Part shown: positions 13,237 to 24,759 of the stretch, one piece after another | Position numbering within the stretch: the stretch's first letter is position 1 | Layout of the letters: every line of letters begins with the position of its first letter | Assembly: GCA_032718475.1 (NCBI GenBank) | Contig: JAUCBJ010006589.1 | Coordinates: 1 to 59,329 of the forward strand | Length of the DNA stretch: 59,329 nt | Direction of reading: 5' to 3' | DNA from: Nemertoderma westbladi | Taxonomy: Eukaryota > Animalia > Xenacoelomorpha | Translations under genes and position numbers: made by a program | The notes under the pieces: model-generated | What the model was told of the DNA's origin: nothing | Seen by the model: the letters and a program-made list of their open reading frames with translations, nothing else | Database searches by the model: none

Positions 13237-13545
13237 CGCCCCCTAGTGGCAGACTGCCTGCCAAGTGCCAAGTATCAGCAAAAAAGCATTCATAAACAAC
13301 AAAATTGTAGGTTTCCTCATTCAGACATTTCATCCCCTAATAGCGGCAGACTGGGGAACTGTAGATTGGTCATCGTCTCCCCAAGCCCAAATACACACCC
13401 TTACGGTGTAGTATACTCTGCTTGGTATCAGCAAAAAAAACATTATAAACATATTGTGTAAAGGACTTAAGTATCAGCTAAAAATCATTATTAATAACAA
13501 AATAGGATAAGATTTTCACTTTCAGACATTTCGCCTCCTAGTGGC
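13237..13545 (-). promoter_or_regulatory. CTCF-like motifs inside a repeated unit
   Basis: cgccccctagtggc (13237-13250) and cgcctcctagtggc (13532-13545) match the CTCF core consensus. A degenerate copy lies near 13331. Confidence 0.4.
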
Positions 13546-15610
13546 AGACTGAAGAACCGCAAACTGGTCGGCGTCCTCCCAACACGCAGCTATGGTCTGG
13601 TAGAATTTATTCTGCAAAGTGTCAGCAGAGTGGTTACGATGATGCTGTTATAATTTCCTGCTTGCTGATCAGTAATTTCTCAGATAACAAAACAACTGCA
13701 GAATAATGCAATTTTACCTCAAAGACGCATTCATGCAAGTATCAAGTAAATGTGTAAAATAATCAGCCTCGAGATAGCCTTTACAATTCATGTTCACGGG
13801 CTCAGGATGGTCTGCATCATATAGATGAACGCACATGATAGAGTCAAGATCCAACTTGTACGATGACGGACTGACGACCTGCTAGGCCTACCTCGCTAGC
13901 ACCCATCCGGTACATTGCAAAATTGAATAATTGAATCATTTTGTGTTTATGATTATAAACAATATGTGAACTGAAAAAAGCTAATCTAAGATTTACTGCT
14001 GGTTCTTACCAATGTAAGTCAAGAACCAATCACAGTAGATCCACTCCGCTCTCCTGCTGGGTCCTATTTATTGAGATTACTACTTAACCAACCCAGCCTG
14101 CTGCAGGCCACCTATGATTGGTCTGCAAGTAGCTAGCTACCTGGCTAACCGATGTATCATTCGCTCAGATTGGTGCTCTTTAGCTGAATATATTAATTTA
14201 GATTATGGCTTCCGACATTTATGGCTACCGACACACACACATGTCACACACACACACACACACATACGTACTAAACGTGTAAATTGCGGACAACCGCCTG
14301 AGATAGCCAAACTGGGGACATGCTCATATTTCAACAAAAATCACTTTTTTCGAAAGTTAATGTCATTTTTCATTTAATTTTATTACTCTTAACTTCCTCC
14401 AATAGTATCGATTTGTAGATTTCGTTTTTATTCGATCTCGCCCCAGTAATGCAAAACGGGGACACATCTCTGACGTCACACAGCGTTTCACTGTCAACCA
14501 CTTTTCTCCAACCAAATGGGGACATATTATTGGCACTCCGGTCTCCATCAAAATATTATGTTCCATTTTTATACAACAAGTGTTTATACTTTCGGATTGC
14601 ACCTCCCACCTACTACTCGGGGAATGAATCGCTAACTTTTCTAAATAAACCAAATTTGAATTTGTGTGGCTATAAAAGGGCCTGTTGGTCCATTGATACC
14701 AATGAATTTCATAGTTTATACGAATCAGGGGATTGTGACCATCATATATTGGATATATTCAATATTTTTGTATCAGGCCTTCCGGCAGCCAAACACTGAT
14801 TTTTAGGTGTACCCCGTTATCGCGCTTTAAGTATTTTTTTGACGGATTCGGATTATCTATCTAACCTAACTATTAATCTTGAATTAAGTTAGAAATAAAT
14901 TAGACTCCTTTCCTAGGAAACTACAAATAATACAATAGGCCTATGTGTGAATACTGAATACTTTAATTAATATATCAATATAAAACCGCTGTTCCCCAAA
15001 TGGCAATTGATAAACACAGGTATTTTAATACCTATGTATTTTTTTTAATACCTTTAAAACTTAATTTTTGTTGCTTAGAATTATGTAGGTGGGCCTGTTA
15101 TCCATCGTATAAGGGGTCATTGCAAGCACATTGTTTCAACGTCATCTATTGCAGGAGTAGCGCATTGTATTTAGGCATATTTACTGTACAGCATTGTATC
15201 CACTGTGTAGGCCTACAGTACGAGTCCACGATACCCAACTTACCCATCCCAAACTGGGGACTTTTAATTGGCCTTTTCCAGGTGCATGAGACAATGTTCC
15301 CATGGAAACACAATCTGTGTGTTAAGCTTTGTTAGGTTTTTAACGTAGAAGTGGGGACAGCAGGGGAAATGGGATGGCAGCATATCCGTGCGATTTCTTG
15401 GAAAATGAGAATATTAGTTTTGTGCATTTGTAAGTTCGTTATTAATCATATAATAGGGGACAGACACGTCTGTGCCTTATTATTGCCGGTAAGAGAGAGC
15501 TTGTGTTCTCCGCGAGTTTTAATTAAATATTTTCAGTGAAATATTTGTTTTACCAATTTGTTTCTATTGACTGTATTTCATCGCTGAACCTGTTCTAATC
15601 ATCGAAAACA

Positions 15611-15652
15611 ATGTCGAAGCGGAGAAAGAAGCCATTGGAAATAAATTTAAAG
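15611..15652 (+). CDS. Crypton gene exon 1 (MSKRRKKPLEINLK, NLS-like)
   Basis: aaacaATG start context and donor AAG|gtatgt, phase 0. Confidence 0.6.
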
Positions 15653-16166
15653 GTATGTTTCTTCAAGTACTGTAACAGTTCCGGTACCATTTTAGCCTGT
15701 ATCATGTCGTAGTGAATTGAATAGAATAAACAAACGTTCGCTTTATTTTCCGTACCTTTCGGTAAAAATATCAAGCGAGTTAATGTAATAGAACGATGCC
15801 TTTCGTGGCATAAGGTTTTCGGTAAAAAGGAAAGATAAAACCTACTATTAATTAGTCTTACTTACTATAAAGTACTGACTTTTTTAGTTATACAGCATAC
15901 TATTTATACTATATTCATAAATAAAGTCTTACTTACCGGTACCTACTATATGGACTCTATGTTTGAACGAGGTTGTTATTTATCTGTCCATGCGCTTTTG
16001 TGGTACCTGTAACGGACACACGGACAAGTGTGGTGAACAGAGAGATTCGATTAAATTAATGTTTTTCAGTACGCCTACCTTTTTATTGGGTACCGAATTT
16101 TGAGAACCCTTTCCTTTTCTATAATTTATAGTCTAATATATTTTATCATTGTATTAAAATTACCAG

Positions 16167-16251
16167 GTTGGAGATTGCCATTTAATGAAATGGAATGATG
16201 CGAAATCTTACCAGGGGACTATACTCGAATATCCTTATGCAGACGGAAAAG
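16167..16251 (+). CDS. Crypton gene exon 2 (first half of Tudor-like domain)
   Basis: taccag| acceptor, VGDCHLMKWNDAKSYQGTILEYPYADGK, donor AAG|gttaga phase 1 matching the acceptor at 16800. Confidence 0.6.
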
Positions 16252-16800
16252 GTTAGATTATGAAAACAATAAAATACAGTAGCCTATTTAGCTGAGCAAC
16301 TTTCTAAATCATAAACTATTGGTAGATATTATGTCTTCGAAATCCGAACATCCTCGGACAGGGGGTGGGTGGGTTGGCTAAATTGGGACGTCCGATTTTT
16401 CGATTTTTTAGGATTTATAGTTTTAACATAATAAAATTCACAATACTATACAGTTGGAGTCTGGAATACATAATTCGATTAGTTTGTTAACATAAGGTAT
16501 TAAGTTGAGGCATATCTTCATTGTTTTACATTTGTGGTTACTGTGGTTTTTTTCAGATTTCGCACTAACAGCATTATCGCAATTTGAAAAAAAGTTAGGT
16601 GGAACCTTGTCTCAATTTTAGCATTATTTTACGGAATGGTGCAAATTAATAAAATATATGGTTAGGACATTATCGTACCATTTTTGGTTTTTTATCCTGC
16701 TATTCATTATCGGTATAATTTTATCAGTGAAAGTGGTCCGTGAAACTTTCCCAGGGAAAATGGGGCTTATGTTATTACTGTTACCTTGCAACATTTTTAG

Positions 16801-18905
16801 GATCAAAAGACTTAGTTAAAGTGATGTACAACGAAGATTCTATAACTAGTGTCATAAAACGGAATTGGGTATTGGGAAAAATAATTCGTAGTCCAGATAA
16901 TAACATCAATTCCAGAAATTCCGAAATTCCAGAAAGTAAAGTCGAAAGTTGTGAAAGTCAAGTTAATGAATGTCCCATAAGTCAGTTGGATCAAGTGTTT
17001 GAATGTCCCAGAAGTAAAGAAGGTCAAGACGAAAGTCTTAAAGATATTGAATGTCCCGTGCTTCAAAAAAGTCAAATCGACAGTTGTCAAAGTCAAGTTA
17101 ATGAATGTCCCATAAGTCAATTGGTTGAATGTCCCGTGAGTGAGCAGAGTCAAGTGGTGGAATGTTCCGGAAATCAGCAGAGTCAATTGGTTGAATGTCC
17201 CGTTAGTCAGCAGAGTCAAGTGGTTGAATGTCCCGTTAGTCAGCAGAGTCAAGTGGTCGAATGTCCTGTTAGTCAGCAGAGTCAATTGGTAGAATGTCCC
17301 GTTAGTCAGCAGAGTCAAGTGGTGGAATGTTCCGGAAATCAGCAGAGTCAAGTGGTGGAATGTTCCGGAAATCAGCAGAGTCAAGTGGTGGAATGTCCCG
17401 TTAGTCAGCAGAGTCAAGTGGTGGAATGTCCCGTTAGTCAGCAGAGTCAATTGGTTGAATGTCCCGTTAGTCAGCAGAGTCAAGTGGTCGAATGTCCTGT
17501 TAGTCAGCAGAGTCAATTGGTTGAATGTCCCGTTAGTCAGCAGAGTCAATTGGTTGAATGTCCCGTTAGTCAGCAGAGTCAAGTGGTCGAATGTCCTGTT
17601 AGTCAGCAGAGTCAAGTGGTAGAATGTCCCGTTAGTCAGCAGAGTCAATTGGTTGAATGTCCCGTTAGTCAGCAGAGTCAAGTGGTCGAATGTCCTGTTA
17701 GTCAGCAGAGTCAATTGGTTGAATGTCCCGTTAGTCAGCAGAGTCAAGTGGTAGAATGTCCCGTTAGTCAGCAGAGTCAATTGGTTGAATGTCCCGTTAG
17801 TCAGCAGAGTCAAGTGGTCGAATGTCCTGTTAGTCAGCAGAGTCAATTGGTTGAATGTCCCGTTAGTCAGCAGAGTCAAGTGGTGGAATGTTCCGGAAAT
17901 CAGCAGAGTCAAGTGGTGGAATGTCCCGTTAGTCAGCAGAGTCAAGTGGTGGAATGTCCCGTTAGTCAGCAGAGTCAATTGGTTGAATGTCCTGTTAGTC
18001 AGCAGAGTCAATTGGTGGAATGTCCCGTTAGTCAGCAGAGTCAATTGGTTGAATGTCCTGTTAGTCAGCAGATTCAAGTGGTGGAATGTTCTGGAAATCA
18101 GCAGAGTCAAGTGGTGGAATGTCCTGTTAGTCAGCAGAGTCAATTGGTTGAATGTCCCGTTAGTCAGCAGAGTCAAGTGGTAGAATGTCCCGTTAGTCAG
18201 CAGAGTCAATTGGTTGAATGTCCCGTTAGTCAGCAGAGTCAAGTGGTCGAATGTCCTGTTAGTCAGCAGAGTCAATTGGTTGAATGTCCCGTTAGTCAGC
18301 AGAGTCAAGTGGTGGAATGTTCCGGAAATCAGCAGAGTCAAGTGGTGGAATGTCCCGTTAGTCAGCAGAGTCAAGTGGTGGAATGTCCCGTTAGTCAGCA
18401 GAGTCAATTGGTTGAATGTCCTGTTAGTCAGCAGAGTCAATTGGTGGAATGTCCCGTTAGTCAGCAGAGTCAATTGGTTGAATGTCCTGTTAGTCAGCAG
18501 ATTCAAGTGGTGGAATGTTCTGGAAATCAGCAGAGTCAAGTGGTCGAATGTCCCGTTAGTCAGCAGAGTCAATTGGTTGAATGTCCTGTTAGTCAGCAGA
18601 GTCAATTGGTTGAATGTCCCGTTAGTCAGCAGAGTCAAGTGGTGGAATGTTCCGGAAATCAGCAGAGTCAAGTGGTGGAATGTCCCGTTAGTCAGCAGAG
18701 TCAAGTGGTGGAATGTCCCGTTAGTCAGCAGAGTCAATTGGTTGAATGTCCTGTTAGTCAGCAGAGTCAATTGGTGGAATGTCCCGTTAGTCAGCAGAGT
18801 CAATTGGTTGAATGTCCTGTTAGTCAGCAGATTCAAGTGGTGGAATGTTCTGGAAATCAGCAGAGTCAAGTGGTCGAATGTCCCGTTAGTCAGCAGAGTC
18901 AATAA
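16801..18905 (+). CDS. Crypton gene exon 3: rest of Tudor-like domain plus 11-aa repeat region (VECPVSQQSQ[V/L])n
   Basis: acatttttag| acceptor in the correct phase. The frame is open to TAA 18903-18905. Whether the array is translated is uncertain. Confidence 0.5.
17122..18902. repeat. 33-bp minisatellite, about 54 copies with higher-order structure
   Basis: Unit gtggtggaatgtcccgttagtcagcagagtcaa with recurring variants (tccggaaat, attcaa). Degenerate copies start near 16960. Confidence 0.97.
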
Positions 18906-18931
18906 TAATCAATAAATAAGTCATAATACAG

Positions 18932-20447
18932 GCAAAAATTCGAAATTTAGGAGCGCATCAACACAATTGTGATGTGCTACTGAGAGGAGAGGGTAAGCTA
19001 ATGGTCGTTTATAGACCCACCCCTGGTCACAATTACTCTGAGAAAGATTATAGTCCATGTCCTACTTGTTTAGGCTGGTACGTTAGGCGAGATTTATGGC
19101 GACACAGATGCCCAGTTGAAATCCAAAAGAAGAGTAGGCGTTTCTTATATGAAAGCGAGCTTTTAAAGCCTACGAACATGGGTATATCTGGAAAAATTTC
19201 TGAAGTATTAGGGACTATGCGCCCAGATAATGTCTCAATTGTGGTGAAATCAGATCCTACTATAATGAAAATGGCAAAAAGCCTGTGTCACAAGCACGGT
19301 CATAATAAAGAAAGAAACGCTTATATCCGTGATAAGCTTAGAGAGGTGGGGCGGTTGTTGGTTCAGTTGCGCATATGTACAAACAAACCAAATGGTAAGT
19401 TGAGTGATTATTTGCGCCCAGAATGTTTAGATAACGTCATAGAAGCGACCCATCAAATTGCAGGCTTTGATAGTGACACACTGTCTCTAAGTAACCCATC
19501 GCTCGCATTGAAGATTGGACATGCTGTGAAGAAATGCGCTACGTTATTAAAAGGTACCGCAATAGAACATAATGATAGCCAACTTCTCAACATTACAGAC
19601 AATTTCCTTCATCTTTGTGATTTACGCTGGTCTGACTTCGTATCAGCCCACGCACTCAGAACAATATATGATCGTAAACGCAACACAAGTGATAATTTAC
19701 CAGTTACAAGCGATGTTGTGAAATTCTGCGAGTATCTGCAGCGTAACATTGACATCCATATAGGGAAATTAATTTCGGGTCATTCAAATTGTAAAGAACA
19801 ATGGGGGGTCCTTAGTGAGATTGTATTGTCTTATTTAATCATATTCAATCGGAGAAGGCAAGGAGAGGTCAGCAAAATGAAAGTTCAGGATTTCAATAAA
19901 TCAATAGACTCGGGAACTGTAAATAATTCGATAGATACGAATGATTTAGAAGAATTAGAAGTTCAACTAATGAAAATATTTCATGTTGTGGAAATTGTAG
20001 GGAAGAGGGGTAGAAATGTTCCGGTTTTACTCACGGACAAGATTAAAGAAGCACTAACTCTCTTAATAAAATTAAGGAACATTGTTGGCGTTAACGAGAT
20101 GAATCCCTATTTATTTCCAAGATCGAGTCAGGGAAGCCTCTGGCACATACGTGGATACGAAGCAATAAATAAGCACGCCATCCTTGCTAAATTGCTAAAT
20201 CCAGAAACTATGAAATCTACCGATCTTAGGAAGCATCTAGCCACGAGTGTACAGGTCTTGAATCTGAAAGAGAACGAGCTCGATATTTTAGCAAATTTTA
20301 TGGGGCACGACATTCGTGTACATCGAGAGTATTACAGGCTGCCCGATAAAGTCCTACGTGTCACACAGCTTTCCAAGGTTTTCTTAGCCATGGAACAGGG
20401 AAAGATAACAGAACATCGTGGCAAGAGCTTGGAGGAGATTACTTTAG
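18932..20447 (+). CDS. Tyrosine recombinase (CryptonV-type) main exon
   Basis: IRNLGAHQHNCDVL (upstream of the annotated ORF start), CxxC...LWRH zinc motif, and catalytic-type motifs FNRRRQGEV, GKRGRNVPVLL, STDLRKHLAT, FMGHDIRVHREYY. Donor TAG|gtaatg at 20447. Confidence 0.9.
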
Positions 20448-20877
20448 GTAATGGAATTTTAATAATTAGATGAAACTGTTCGTTCCGTCTTGTTTCTTAT
20501 ATTTGTTGTGTTTTTAATAAACCCTAAATCATGTTCCTGATCTGCTTCGATTGTACCATCGCTTCTTACTGAACTACTTGTAATTGTTTCTGACTATTGT
20601 CTTGTTTTACTGCTGTTTGTGATAATAATTGTTTTGTTCCGAATAATTAATTGTTTGTCCGAATAATTACCGCATAATCTAATAATTGCACAATATTTCT
20701 TCCCGATTGCGTGTTATCATACAGTAATTGCTCTATTGTTATGTGAGTATTGACATCTGATGTCTCTAAATATTGCACTGCTCAAAAACTAAACGTGCTT
20801 CAATTTAAATATTATTGTTATCAGAGTGCCTGTTTACACAATTCAACATGTTGATTCAACATTTTACCTTTTACCTT

Positions 20878-21183
20878 GGTTATATTGAAAAATATCGAGT
20901 GTTGAAAAATATCGAGAGTAAAAATATCGAGTGTTGAAAAATATCGTATATAATATCGTAATATAACAAAAAAATTGCTCTACAACATTTATAAATAGAA
21001 GTAGAAAATACTAGCAAGTATAAAAAATTATAATGTGATATATTTACTCTCGATATTTTTCAACACTCGATATTTTTACTCTCGATGTTTTTCAACACTC
21101 GATATTTTTACTCTCGATATTTTTCAACACTCGATATTTTTACTCTCGATATTTTTCAAGTCTCGATATTTTTCACCATTACC
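20878..21183. mobile_element. MITE with tandem-repeat TIRs and 8-bp TSD (Merlin-like), in a Crypton intron
   Basis: Ends ggttatattgaaaaatatcgag / ctcgatatttttcaccattacc. TSD tttacctt at 20870-20877 and 21184-21191. Confidence 0.8.
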
Positions 21184-21226
21184 TTTACCTTTTATACTTT
21201 ATATTATTAACATTTTTTCATCATAG

Positions 21227-21409
21227 AACCATCCCGCGACAGCGATTCCGACAGCGATTCGGACAGCAGCAACGAAGGAGACCAAGAGAATGAGAATTTA
21301 TCTTCAGCGGTAAATGTGGATCGCGTTGTTCCACGTCCACTACCACGGCAACATGGTAAAGACGAACATGGAAGTAAATCCTCAAAGATGAAAGTCGGCG
21401 TGAGAAATA
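21227..21409 (+). CDS. Crypton gene acidic linker exon
   Basis: ttttttcatcatag| acceptor phase 1, EPSRDSDSDSDSDSSNEGDQENE..., donor gtaagt at 21410 phase 1. Confidence 0.7.
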
Positions 21410-22808
21410 GTAAGTGTAGGATAATAATTTACTTCACAAACTACCCAGTTAAAAATACAATGGCGTGGCATTTGGGTTAAAATTGCGTCTGGAGTAGCAA
21501 TTGCGTACCCATGTTATTGCGTTTGATTACTGAGACGAATAGAGTATTACAGTATCCACAAATAGTGTAACAATTATTAGGTACAGCAATGGAGTAGGCA
21601 TTCTAGGTGAAAACGAAAACCGCCACTAAGTGTTGAAACTTAACGCAAATCCCAGCATAGCAAATCAAATATCTCGTTTCGGATCATGAACAATGTCAAT
21701 TATTAAATAAGGGAACGGAACATAATACAGTATATATGGTTTTTAAACAAAACAATAAACTAGAGCCAATAACGCAGGTTACAGTCTGACAGTGTTACTT
21801 TGCTGGTGTTTGCTTATGTTGCTTTTGTCCAGGTGGTTGTGTGACTAATCTTTAATAAGTCATCATTCCCGATCTAACCAGATGTAGGTCGGGTTATAAA
21901 GTAGTGCAGCTGCCACATGTTGGACAGCCACTCTCATCAATGTTTGTCTGTTAGTTTAATATATTCCAACCTAGAATTACCAACCTAGGGGTTTATATAT
22001 AATGGGCTATGACACCACCCCCACCTGAATTAAATTACACATGACAGATTACTTTAAACTAACTAGTGTGATTTTCTGGGGACTTTCGACGCAATAAAAA
22101 TCCAGCCTTTTCCAGGGGAAATTCGACGCAAATAACAGCTGATTATTCCAAAAAATAAAACTGTACTGAAAACTATTTTATTGACATTAGTTTAGTATAG
22201 TATACTGTAGGCTGGTATAAGGTGTAGGTAGGCTGCTGTAGGGTCTATATGTTGGGATAGTCTGCAATTGGTTTGTGTAAAAGATTAATCCCGAAATGTC
22301 TGTGTCTGGTCTAGTTAATATATTTTTGCTTTTTTTTCGCTGTTTATACGCTATTCTGACCCTATAGGAATCTTTGCATATTTTAAAAATACCGCAAACC
22401 TACACAATAAATACGGTGTAAATACAATTAAGGGAAACGCTATTTCCACCACTTTGCAAGGGCGGACATTACAACCGCGCTTTAATGTCGTTTAATAATG
22501 GCGTTAATAATAGAGCAGCATTTTTAACTGGGTACAGTAGTTGAATACATTATTACGCTACGGAGTTGTTACAGTATAGAGTTTATTTAATTGTATTTTA
22601 TTGATATAAATTATTTTCATTGCTATCCTTTTAAACTGTTAAATTAAATTGTTAAGCTAAGAAATTAAATTCAACTTTTAAACTTATATTTAAACATTTT
22701 CGATGTTAACTCGCGATATACTGTACGTATACATCTTTAGAAACATGATACAGTAATCTACATGGAATAATTAATTAACAAGAAAAACAAATGCTTATAT
22801 ATTTTTAG

Positions 22809-23017
22809 AAAAATCAGTTCAAAAGAAGACATGGTCAGATGATGAGAGATGGGCCATTAAAAGGGAAATTAGGGGATTTCCACTCGCCCTGCAACTGCCG
22901 GGCAAAGAAGATATAGAAAAGTGGATCTTCAAATATCGTGCTCTAGGGGACCGCAACTGGCGAAATGTAAAAGATTTTATACGAAACAACAGATCGAAAC
23001 TACTCAAACATCCTTAA
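22809..23017 (+). CDS. Crypton gene last exon, Myb/SANT-like helical domain
   Basis: atttttag| acceptor phase 1, KKTWSDDERWAIKREI...LPGKEDIEKWI...LGDRNWRNVKDFIRN, TAA 23015-23017, AATAAA at 23172. Confidence 0.75.
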
Positions 23018-24759
23018 CTGGAGGATTAGGAATTACTATCTGAATTAATCTAATTCTGTTATAAATGTATCTCTATAGTAAGGTTAAGGAACTATGATTT
23101 TGTTGTGTCGGTCGGTAATATCATATTCATATCATACCAGTAGAGTGTCAGGTACTGTATATATTGGAGTGAATAAAACGGAATAAGTGATTTTAATGCC
23201 TGGGGCTGGTAAACTAACTTCCTTACAATAATTTGTCTGTAGACATCAGTCAATATTATTAATTTGTGTTATGTCCTCTATTTGCACAATTAAGCTGGTG
23301 ACGTCATGGAATTTGGAAAAATGATACATACACGTCGGTTACCGGCACTATGGGGACACAGGAATTGGTACGCAACTTACTATTGGTTCGGGGACACATA
23401 CAGAAGACACACTCACACCCTGTACACTTATTTTTAACAAATCGTGGACAAATGAAGATACCATTGAATTAATGATATATTTATGTTAATTAGTGTTCTA
23501 ATTGGGTTTTTTAGTCTTTTCAAATCGGGGTCGTCCCCAGTCTGCACGATGTCCCCGTTTTGTGGGTGAAAATTATGGGATGTGTCCCCAGTTTACACCA
23601 TTTGCCCACACACCTACACACACACACAGACTTTTGAAAAACGGCCATAGTATAATTATATCAGTTCGCTGATGGCTCGCCATTCGTGTCTCGCCCCACA
23701 GAAATTAATACACAGCATCAACCACTCAGATTATTAGTAGCCTACCATTATTATCGTATCGTACATAGAATAAGATAAGACTTAAATAAAGTATGTGAAC
23801 AGCAGGATGAAATTTGATTAACACCAGTCATTTACATTAATAAGTAAGCACATTAATCCAATACATGAACATTGGGTGGGATATTCGTCATTTAAGGGTT
23901 GAACCAGATTCCGGATGCCCGGCGACACAGAAAGATCCACTGGATACTGGACACCGGATTGTCGTCGTAAAGAACCACATCATAAACTTATCCAGCATAC
24001 TACAACTGTATGTACCGGTAGCATGTTCAATTGCTCTCCGATACCAGCCACAACTACTATGAATTTAAAGATGATTAGGGAATCTCGTTCTAGGTGGGCA
24101 TTCCAATAAATGGCTGAGAAATAAATCATTAAGAAGATCAGCACGACACGCACAGCATCGAAATTCCACAGGCCTCCATTGTCGGGCTCGGTATTGGTGA
24201 TGGGGTTTGGGTTGTAAGGCGCCTAACCCACTTGCTCAGCACAGCAAGAGGTAGAGATCCACTCAAACCAGTTTCATTTTGTTTAAGTTGGATTTCCGTG
24301 GTGCATGTATCAGGTACACCCACTTGGTACTTTGTAGTACTGCGTAGGATGAGGGAACTACTGTACTTACTACATTACGTTTCACTTCACCGACGGTCTT
24401 GTAGAGTAAATCAAATTGGTCAAGCACCATACGTGTGGAGGGAGTTGACACTGTTAGTGTTACTGAGAACTCACGTTGCAGGTGACTGATAACGCTATAT
24501 ATGTAAGTTGCTCCTTAATTCAGCAATGGGTTGAGAAACGTTTGTTAGTTTTTAGTCAATCATAGCCCACGTTGTATCATCCGTCGTGGTCTCTAGCTGA
24601 AGAAGCTGCTGATGAGAAATTAAAATGAAAAAAGTTAATTTTGAACATATTGATATTGGAGATAACTAGACCCATACACAAAATCACAACAATTTAATAA
24701 TATTAGAAAGATAGTTGTTGGCTACATCCTGTCACAGAACAATAGAATGCTGTTAGATC

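Larger units (their letters stand above)
14265..23612 (+). mobile_element. CryptonV-like tyrosine-recombinase DNA transposon (~9.3 kb)
   Basis: Encodes a tyrosine recombinase. Inverted subterminal motifs: aaactggggaca 14309-14320 vs tgtccccagttt 23583-23594, and caaaacggggaca ~14452 vs tgtccccgttttg ~23550. CA tracts flank both sides. Ends are approximate. Confidence 0.75.

Noticed and set aside
16812-18902. 696-aa antisense ORF resembling a leucine-rich repeat protein
   Set aside because: A by-product of a stop-free 33-bp repeat. It has no unique flanking domains.
23865-24489. Cluster of short ORFs
   Set aside because: No recognisable motifs or consistent frame.
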